DNA of 64,000 bases from Tubiluchus corallicola (taxonomy: Eukaryota > Animalia > Priapulida). Shown in pieces: positions 54,444 to 64,000 of this stretch. Each line of letters starts with the position of its first letter. Positions within the stretch are counted from its first letter, which is position 1. Where the stretch lies: positions 372,001 to 436,000 of the forward strand of contig JAQGDQ010000005.1 of the NCBI GenBank assembly GCA_030141605.1. Direction: 5' to 3'. The notes under the pieces were generated by a model. That model saw nothing but the letters and a program-made list of their open reading frames with translations. It did no database searches and was not told the origin of the DNA. A program made the position numbers and the translations under genes.

Positions 54444-54974
54444 TAGGGTTACCATACATGCAGGTTTCCCTGGAACACATCCGCTTTTTGGGCCTCTGTC
54501 CGGGCGGGTTTTCAAAAAATCGGCAGTTTGTCCGGGTTTTGCCTCAATCCGTAAGTATGTACGGTTGTTGCCAACTGCAGAGGCGTACGACAGTACGAGA
54601 CAAAGAAAAGCTCGTATTCGCTAATGACTTAAAATGACATCAGCTTCCGGGAGCCATTTTGTTTGTTTTTATGTGAATTTCTTTCAATTTGCATAGTTTC
54701 GCCTATTTTATTCTTGGTCTCAGCCTCGGGCTCAGTCAAGTTCAAGCATAACTGTGTCTGAGAGCCAAGAAGAAGCAGGCGACTGACTGTTGCAGTGTGT
54801 TAATGTTTTTTGCACTACAGCCATTTGGTATTGCTATTAGAATACATGTAGGCCTATTTGTATAATTTGCATTTTATTTTGCATTGTTTTAAACCCTAGA
54901 CTGGTCATTTTTCCCTACTTACAAGTGTGCAAAAAAGTGTCCCCTTTTTCAACTCAGACAATATGGTAACCCTA
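54444..54974. mobile_element. hAT-type (Tip100-like) MITE
   Basis: Perfect 13-bp TIRs TAGGGTTACCATA...TATGGTAACCCTA and a perfect 8-bp TSD TATAAAAC (54436-54443, 54975-54982); no transposase. Confidence 0.9.
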
Positions 54975-55193
54975 TATAAAACTGTGTATCGAAATGCACA
55001 GATTTTCTTAAGTTTTACACATTTTATAAAACTGACAATGAACAACTTCTACAAATACAATAGTAATAGAAAAAAATTTAAGGAGGTCAAAGTAAAAAGC
55101 CAAAAATATAACAAGAATAACAATCTTAGATTCGTGGATGTAAGCAACTTGATCGCTACCATTCTAACAACCAATACCCAGTAACCAAAGACT

Positions 55194-56312
55194 GGATGTA
55201 GGTAAAAAAGGCAAGGTGAAAATGGCACAGTAAAAATGTAACAGGAAAAAATGGCACAAAAATGAGAAAAGTAAATAAAAACGGCACAGGTAAAAAGGGC
55301 ACGGGAAGAAATGACAGGGCAAAAATGGCACAGGAAAAAATTGCACAAATGGAAAAGTAGGTAAAAATGGCACAGGTAAAAATACACGGGAAAAAATGGC
55401 ACAGGAAAAATGACATTGTAAAAACGGCACACTTAGTAAAATATTTAGAGTTGAGGGTTAGGGTTACCTATGGGTTAGGGTTAATTATGGGGGATAATTA
55501 TTTTAGTTATTTTTACCTCTGCCAGGAAGTTATGCTTCAACACAGTTTGTTTGTTTGCTTGTCTGTTAGTTTGGTTGTTTTTTGTTTGTTATAGCAGCAA
55601 GCCTATTGTGCAAAAACTACTGAATTAACAGATTTCCATGAACCTTTATGGATAAGGTGGGTATAGGCTGCCAAAATGGCCTTTTTTTCAAAACTTGACT
55701 AAACACCAAGTACAAAAAAATCATGAAGCACTTCATGGAGTTCTCAGAGGGAATGGTCAGTACTTTTTTTATTATTGTCACCTGGACAAACAACTGGGAG
55801 TTAATTTCAGCTTCAATAAATTCACACTTGGAAAACAGTGTAATGCCATTTATAACCTTTGCGTATTACCTTATAAGCTGACTTGGTATATAAATACATA
55901 CACATGTAAATATGTCAGTCTACTACCACCACCAAATTTAATGGTCAAAGAAAAGTAGATAAACACAATGTGGAATATTCGTGAATTATTGATTATAACT
56001 CCATTTAATGAGCCTTTTTGGTAGTCTACATACAACCAATACTAGAACATTTTTGTACGTTTGCTTGTTTAACTTTTTTTAATCAAAAGAATTATGTTTA
56101 AGTTTTACGTTGTTTTAATCAAAAGAATCAGATGAATAAGTTTAGGATCATTTGGCTTTGGCAGAGATCTGCTTCCTACTGAGTGCATTCTAGTTTTATT
56201 ATAGAAATGAAGTGCATGAAAATAACACATGTGCCATTTTCCCGCCTTTCCGTTTGCGCCATTTTTCCTGTGCCATTTTTACTGGGCCACTTTTTCCTGT
56301 GCCATTTTTACC
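55194..56312. mobile_element. Foldback/MITE-like element with inverted arrays of ~15-nt AAAAATGGCACAGGT subrepeats
   Basis: Tandem aaaaatggcacagg units at 55200-55430 and their reverse complement cctgtgccattttt at 56230-56312. Confidence 0.65.
55508..56195 (+). mobile_element. Helentron-associated (HINE/DINE-like) non-autonomous element nested in the foldback element
   Basis: 5' TTTTACCTCTGCCAGGAAGTTATG, (GTTT/GTCT)n microsatellite, inverted subterminal TGGCAGAGAT near 56160, and 3' ...GAGTGCATTCTAGTT end in T-rich context. Confidence 0.55.
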
Positions 56313-58249
56313 ATGATTAATTAAAAAACACCACATACCAGTATGCGCACGGAATTTCTGCTTGGTTTCTGCAAAAAAATGAACAATATTATAACAAATC
56401 ATAAATATCTTAATAAAGATATTACCATAGCTTATGAAACGTCAATTTGAATATTGTATAATTGCTCAATGTTTTTAGTATTAGTATGTGACTGCAAGCT
56501 CATATTTACTTCCCATATATTTGTAAGCTTACTACTGCTGTTTGCTTCCAATTCTTTTACTGCAGTACCAAAAGTTCAAAGACAGAAGAAACAAAATAAA
56601 TCTATGTTTACTGTTTAGACAGTTCCCCATAACCTAAATTTCTGTACATGTTCATACATGTTTTAGTTTGTACATATGTTAAAAATAACTTAGTTTGTCT
56701 TTGACTAGCTGGCTTGCAATCTTCTGATGAAGTATATTAGTATGATGTGCAAAACAATCCAAAGTATAATTAATGACATTTCTGAGATTTAACATAACAA
56801 ACACTGAAACAGAAAAATACAGACAAGACAGAATGACAATTTACACTAACTTAGCCTGGTATGCAAATATACAAGTTTAAACAAGTGAGATAAATAAGTC
56901 TAGTGCGTAGCTTTCTCACCAACTAGTAAGATGTAATGAAAGCAAATAGGCACCTTATCAAAACCGCATTTAAATGCACAGGAACAAATATTTACCACAT
57001 AGTACATATACTTGTACCAATATCTAATAAGCATTTAGATCTTCCTAAGTGCCAGTCAAAGAAATTCAAAGACACGGGAACAGTATGCACATTTTAAGCA
57101 GTCCTGCTTGGGTGACACTGCACAGTGTGCCCATACAACTACTTAATGTAGGCAATCATTGTAGAAACCCAAGTTGCTGAAGTGACAGTCTCTTTCTATT
57201 CAATTTGCCAAAGTTATCTTTACAATATTTAACAGAGAAATCGAGAAATCTTAAGCAAATGGAATTTCTGATGTGCATAACAAAATTAATAATAAATGCA
57301 TATAAATAATAATATCATTAGTTAACTAAACCTAACTTACCCAATCATCATAAGCAAAATAAAAGTTGTTGTATTTATCTCTATACATATATCTCTCGCC
57401 GTAGCCTTTCTTCATACTCAGAAAAACTCGTAATTTCTTTTAACTAACGACTTTAAAAATGTATTAGACAATTAACAGCACATTGAAAAAAACGAGTAGT
57501 TAACTTGTAAAGTGAACCATCACAATTAAATTAAATGGACAAATTTGGTAACTAATGAAAAATGAATGTTAAACCAGTCACTCAAGCTATTTTACTAACA
57601 GGGGGTGGAAATGTTTAAACAGTGATAAGAAACAGGGAATCATAAGGACTAGACTTTGTAATGCTATAGGCTCACTTTAAATACCTTTGTATCTATAAAC
57701 ATTGATTTACAGCAATAAAAGCCAACAAGTTTTCATCACCAAACTCAGCAGACAAAGAGTATTGATTTAGATGGGTCAGTGTGTACAATCATCAAGAATA
57801 CAGCTGGGACATTATATGGCTTACTGAAGTATTGAAATTAAGCTTGGGAAGACCATGAATCAAACTTATTACTCTGTACAGAATTCAAAGGCCAACATCA
57901 AATTACCAGCTTTCACATATTTAAAAATGTTCCACATATGTTCTAAACAGGCTTCACATGACTTGTTTAAAATAAATCATTTTGAAAATATAAAAAAATA
58001 TAATGGAATATAACCTTAGCAGACTAACTTTGTTATGAAAATTATTCTTTCATGTAACCATACTTAAAGCAAATGAAAACAGTGTGACATCACTTTGCTT
58101 GCTGTGTAAGCCTGCTATGGCGGAGGCATTATGATGTCATACTAAAGTCTCTACAAGTAGGCACAATGGCACTAGAACAAAACACATAAACATGTGAATT
58201 GAATTGATACATAAATATATATGACGTGGTACATCTTATCATCTTAGGT

Positions 58250-58970
58250 GCTTCTGTTATGCAACATTATTTGATGCCAAATTCCCCAATCTGCTGCCAT
58301 AAGTATTCAGGTTATTTAAGTCAAGTGGAGAATTTAATAAGTCTTTCTTCAGAATATCAAAATATGTGATCAGCTGTCCTCTTGGTTCTTCCAAGGTATT
58401 AGTGCTTGATGTAATGCTGTGGTGTTCATGGAGAATCATGTGGAAATCTAATGACATGTCCAATCCACCTAAGCTGAAGTTTCTGTATGACTTCACTCCA
58501 TTCCTTCTTCTTCATTAAATCTTAAAGATCCTCCTATTTTGAGATTTTCTTTCGCCATTTATACCCAACATCTTTCTGTACAGGAACTTTTAGAATGCAC
58601 TGATTTCGTACTTCTGAACAACTCTGACTGTCCATAATTCAGAACTATACAAGAATACAGGCTCTACAAGTGATGACAGAATATGCAGTTTAGTTTCTGT
58701 GAAGACATTCAGATTTTTGAAAATGTTAGTCAGCTTAGAATACACAGCCAAAGCTAATACTTTTCTGAGCTTCATTGCCTAGTAAAACTACTCACATATT
58801 AGCAATTCTTCGAAGACATATCACCACCATGCCCTATTGGGTAATGTTCTGTTTTGGTGCCATTCATTTCTAGATAGAAATTTCTCAGAGGGTTGGTTAC
58901 AACTTCTCCTACAGCCTCTATTTTACCAATGTTAGTTGCTACCCATGCAATATTATCAGCATATTGCATG
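58250..58970 (-). mobile_element. 5'-truncated decayed RTE-like LINE fragment
   Basis: QYADNI RT motif near 58960, then TKLHILSSLVEPVFLYSSELWT, RKMLGIKW and QLRWIGHVIR segments typical of the RTE ORF C-terminus; interrupted by stops. Confidence 0.75.
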
Positions 58971-59626
58971 GGCAAGCGACTCGAAGGAGATCCAACCGGT
59001 ACGATAAAGTTTGAAAAATTTGGAAGATTTTTTCAAAGCCAACTTTATTATAAATGATACTTTCAACACACTACTGAAACTTAAACTTGCAAGCCAACTG
59101 TGTCAATTATTCACCAAGGAAAAGACAAAAGTGAACAGATTCTCTGTAGCTTATTTGTATTAACAGATCAAAACAGACTTCTTCCAGAAAAGTTCATTAA
59201 TTAGTAACTATTAGGCATGGTCTTGTAAAAGCCATAAACATCTTAATTAAAACAGAATTAGGCCGATCCTACAATTATTTTCCAGGCAGCAGAAATTTGC
59301 TTGCACAAATGCTCACTCTCTGAAAAATATTTTGCTACTGCACTAGTTAAGGCTCTGTAATTTACAACTATATGACACCTACACAATAATATGAGAGACA
59401 GGATACAAGTTTGTTTTGTACTTAGGTCAGCAAATATTTGCACGTTTTCCTGTTTGGTAATATTCTTATTCGGTAATGTCAGCAGAATGTTTAGTACTCT
59501 GCTGATACTACCACTTAAATATACGACCAAACAATTAAAGCATTGTGCAAACAGTTACTCATTTAAACAAAAATAAAAGCCTATCCATATCTTCCTTCAC
59601 TGTGTTGAAAAAGTGTAATTGATTAC

Positions 59627-59650
59627 CTGATCAGCCATCATCATCATCAT
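59627..59650 (-). CDS. Candidate far-upstream alternative start exon (MMMMMADQ; exon 59627-59735)
   Basis: ttttttcttcag acceptor before 59735, five tandem ATGs after an in-frame stop, CAG|gtaatc donor in phase 0. Could belong to RBMS, but the ATG run may be just a (CAT)n microsatellite. Confidence 0.3.
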
Positions 59651-61003
59651 CTTCTTCTTCACTGTTACAAGGTAAAGACACTTAGCACCAGCTTCTGTTT
59701 TCCCATGCTAGTTAACAAATATCCATGTAACTGAACTGAAGAAAAAACAAAATTTTGCCAATAGTAAACAAAATAACTAATACAAAAATTGGCTACTGCT
59801 TCCTACTACTTTACAACTTTTTAGCAAAAAATTGTGTTTTTGGATTAATTTACATTAATTTAAATATATACTGAACTTACTAATTCATATAGCACCCTAA
59901 AGCACTTTTTTCATATTGGGCAGTAGGCCTATGATAGTATCTGATATATTCTGTGCAAATAAGTTTTAAAACTTTTTATTTATTTCACACAAATATTCAC
60001 TATTCCACTACTTGGGTGTAAGTATATATTTCAACTCCTTTTTTAAAAATACTTAATATTCAACACATACAGGCAAATGATGAGCAAGAAAATGTATCAT
60101 GCCAACTTGGTTTTTGTAACTTCTTTTACAAAATAAGACAAAATAATTGAAGGTAAATCTACGGTGAGAGCATTTGATATTTCAACATAATTTATTTCTT
60201 TTTATATAATGTTCACTATTAATGACATTATAGCAAACAGCTAACTGTGTTTTGCACTATGAGATCAATATCTGTTACCATTTCATAGGTGACTTTCATT
60301 GGGTTTTATGCTTCTGTGAGTTGTATTTTTAGTGATCAGTCTTGTGTATTTATGTTTTAGGTCTGGCTGAGTATGCATGTATGTATACATGTATATATTT
60401 TATTAGTTTCTATCGTAATTTTATAGTATAGCTGAATATTTTTCAATTTTTATATAATGCTATGTACTTTTAAATGTATGAAATAAATTTAAAATAAAAA
60501 ATTGTTATTATTATTATTTGATAATTTCCTATTTACTTATTTTTCCCATATGCAAATACAAACTATAATTGCATAATAACGAGTAGACATTCTACTCGAA
60601 CAGCCAAGCCACTTGCAAACCACGAATTATTTTATGCAATGTGATCAGTGCCATCCAAATTACAGCCACGCACATTATCTGCACCACATCATCTACCCCA
60701 TTCATTTCTGATTTTTTATCAGATGTGGGATTGTGGAGGAATGATCAGCAAGATCATCAACACAGTAAGTGCATTTTGCTCTGATAGCTTGCTAAAGAAA
60801 CAGCCCATGAATTTTTTTAGGTCTGGTATGTAAATTGCACAAAGCAAATAAATTTGAAACAACAGCACTGTGCACTATATAATTACTGCAACCTTAAGTA
60901 TTAAATTTGACATTCTTCAATTTATGTATTTAAATTATAACTTTATGTAGGGGTAAGGAGAAAAAGACAATACTGTTATTGTCTTTTCCCACATTGTAAT
61001 ATA

Positions 61004-61930
61004 CAGAGTCACGCAGAAAAAATGTGCTGAAGTTTAGACTATAATAATAATAACATTAGAGGCAAATGTCCTAAAAAGTTGAACTTTAACAGCAGGATAT
61101 TACAATAACTTAGTTTTTGGATGTGAGACCTACACATTTGCAGCTTTAGTAGTTTTTAAGTTCTAGCTGATAAGCTCTAAACTGCAAGTTGAGAAATTAA
61201 ATGCGGGCCATTTAATTGGCCATGTTGACAAGTAAAACACTGAATTTATACATGGCAGCAAAACAACGAATCAACAGTCAACCAGTTTACATCATGGTGT
61301 TCACCACAGAAGATAAAGCACTCATAAAGATTTGTTTTCAAGAAAAAACTGGGGAGGATGTACAATGAGGCATCAATGTTTGCAAAGAAAATAATCATCT
61401 GCTCGGAAGATCTGGGCAGGAAGAACAAGTATGCACTTTCTTGAAACAGCCAGATCAAAGTGAATTCAGTGGCCTACACTAAAGTACTTGGCGAAACTCT
61501 ACTACCCAGTAGCTTATCCGAAGTACGCTACATACATGAAAAAGCACCTAACGTGACGCCACATGATAAAATTAAATGATCACGCACTTTTTCCGAAATC
61601 TCAACTCTCTAAGCGTAGGCGAATTGCGTGATAATTGGCAGAACTTACACTTTGTCGTGATTTTTTGCCTTAATTATATGTTAACAACGCATGCAGAATC
61701 GGAAATTTACTTGTAAAAAAATCACAAAAATAAATTACCAGATGGCTTTCTGTGTCTGGTCCGCTCTTACTAAAGTACGGTCTAGGAACATCTGTCATAG
61801 GAAATCTTCGCAACTGTGTGTTTCAACGTCAAGTAAATTTATCACGTGCAGCTGCAAAGCATCCAACAGGCAACAGGAACTATGTGAAAACACAGAACCA
61901 GGTCACAGACTATGTGAGATTATATGCGAA
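61004..61930 (+). mobile_element. Degenerate Tc1/mariner-type DNA transposon remnant
   Basis: TA|CAGAGT start; MVFTTEDKALIKICFQEK at 61294 resembles Tc1-like transposase N-termini; NYQMAFCVWSAL near 61735-61770 resembles the LNPxDxxVW motif. 3' end uncertain. Confidence 0.45.
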
Positions 61931-64000
61931 ATAATTTGAATATTTTAATGATTAAAATAAGGGAAATATACGTATAATTGCGGTTGTATGGATTAAAAAA
62001 GAAGAAGCGTGTAGGAAGGCAAATTATTATGCAAAGGCAGAAAAGAAGCCCTGAGAACTCAGAACTAAGTTAAGTCGAATTCAACTTAATGAAGCATAAG
62101 GTGTGCTAGGCAATCTAGCTGGTAATGATATTTTCCTGCTCTTTATTTTTGCATACAATGGACAGTTTTGTTTATTTATTATGCAAACAATTGACTGATT
62201 CATTCCTATGAAACATTTTCAATGGGGCCAGGTTTTCCAGTGTTAATTATATGGGTCACCTGTTACTGCTGCATATAATTCTAAAACAAATTTTAATCAG
62301 AAACACCTATTAGTTCTTAATGAAATTTTTAATTTATTAATAATTTCTTTAAAGCTAAATAAAAAGAATAAACAAAGGTATGCATCACAGTTAACTGAGT
62401 AATAATTATACGTTCAGTTTATGATCTTGGTTTCAGGATAAAGCATATTAATTTTCACTTTTTTGCATGTCACCCTGCATGTACACCCTGTTGTACTTAT
62501 GAGATATCGGCCATAACATTTGTTACGAAGTCATCAAATGTTTGCCAGTAAAATTCTCTTTCATAAAGAGCCTTCTTAGTTTATTTCTGTTTCAACTTCG
62601 ACCCCAGAAAATAACAACACAAAGTAATTTCTAAAATAAAACTCTATGTCAATGCACCCACAATGGCACATCGCAGAAGTTAGAGGTTTTGATCTATATT
62701 GCATATATACTATATACACTTTCATTACAAAAAGCTTTGTGTAATGAAATACTTTGTTAACACTAATAAAAAATTAATGAATTGAGTACTGTAACTGAAA
62801 AACCTTTGCAGACGGTGATAATTTTTCATTCGTTGATTAACAGTACATTATGTGCTAACTTTCACACACATTTATTAAAAAGCATTTAATCCCAAACATA
62901 GCCGCATTTTTTATGTGTATCGGCACACTGCAAGCAGGAATTCAGCACACAGTGACATAGCCTACTAGGCGATACAGTTGCAGTGAGTGCAAAACTGAAC
63001 TCATTAACAAGGGTAATCACCTGAGTAAGACAATGGACCAGTAGGGATGCGGCACACAGATGCTTCAGCTGTGTTTGAATTAGTATACTACCTCCTCCAA
63101 TGAGAGAAGTTGTCGGAAACCGAATCCATGTGCTAACCAAACTCAACATTGTTTTACTTCCACAACAGCGACCACTCAGTTGTTATCACATCCCACCATA
63201 GATGGCAATACAAATAAATGATGTGAGTCATATAACCACAATAAATATAGCAACTTTAACTTTTAACGCATATAAATACTTTTATTACTTTACAAATTAG
63301 CCAGTATTTCAAAGAACATTAATCAAGTTTTTTTGTCACAACCAGCAAAGGTAAATCTCATATAAACATCTCACCACACTCTAAAAATGAGCAAACAGAA
63401 ATTTATACGATTGAGTTCAATTAATAATTTTTTATGTAAATCGGAGAAAAATTAAAGAAGAACACATTAAACAATAAACATGCCCTAACTAGTTAAATGC
63501 AATTTCATACAACTAGCTACACATTGGAATTTATGTTGTAGATTAACATAACCAATAATCACAGGGGGATTAGAAGGTTTACCTGAAATATTATTTGACA
63601 GTATGGAAGCAATGGGTGTAACAAGCCAAATAGAATTCCTACCAGATGTCTACTGTTATGATCTTTATATGGAGTATTTTAACAACAATAGATATAATTT
63701 TCCATTACATAATAATACAGCATATGCACCGTATACATTATTATCCCCAGAATAAACAAATATGAAGGCAACCTGAAGGAAACAGTGTTGTCAAATTTAT
63801 GCTTATGAAATGCCAAAAATAAGATTCAGGTAAGACAACCACTACAATACCACAATAAATGGACGGTTCACATTAGCACTTTTACGAATTCTTTTGTGAA
63901 CACAGTTCATTTTCCAGATTTTTGGCTTTTTGCAAATACCAAATTTTACCAAGAAAATGCTGTTTACCAGAAATAGCTTGTTTCACTAATTGAAACTTAG

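Noticed and set aside
55049-55432. Three overlapping F/C/P-rich minus-strand ORFs
   Set aside because: Artefacts of the AAAAATGGCACAGG tandem array.
55453-55482. TTAGGG-like units
   Set aside because: Only a few degenerate copies inside a transposon-like element; not a telomere.
60723-60764. Plus-strand 42-nt exon-like unit (ttttatcag...gtaagt)
   Set aside because: Isolated, with no partner exons or homology; expected by chance.
62886-63149. 87-aa minus-strand ORF
   Set aside because: No recognisable domain; it could be a UTR exon but I cannot support that.

Overview
AT-rich eukaryotic (animal) genomic DNA with GT-AG introns; an invertebrate chordate such as an ascidian is a guess from composition and repeat style, not a proven assignment. 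Most of the window holds one large minus-strand gene for an RBMS1/2/3 (MSSP / Drosophila Shep / C. elegans SUP-26 family) two-RRM RNA-binding protein. I reconstructed it by hand from phase-compatible exons: 53701-53733 (probable start), 33929-34111, 13512-13675, 9060-9118, 8096-8187, 6773-6930, 6245-6306, 5598-5851, 5201-5311, 2950-3057 and a probable last exon 2081-2191. Its long introns and 5' flank contain a decayed near-full-length LINE, an RTE-like LINE fragment, a Tc1/mariner remnant, hAT-type MITEs, a Helentron-associated (HINE)-like element, foldback elements, two SINE-like copies and small tandem duplications. Most short ORFs in the supplied track are not genes. I see no convincing wholly new biological system. 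The most interesting signals are isoform-level: several candidate phase-0 alternative start exons, UGC-preceded microexon candidates, a duplicated splice donor, and a TAATG stop-start junction in the LINE.
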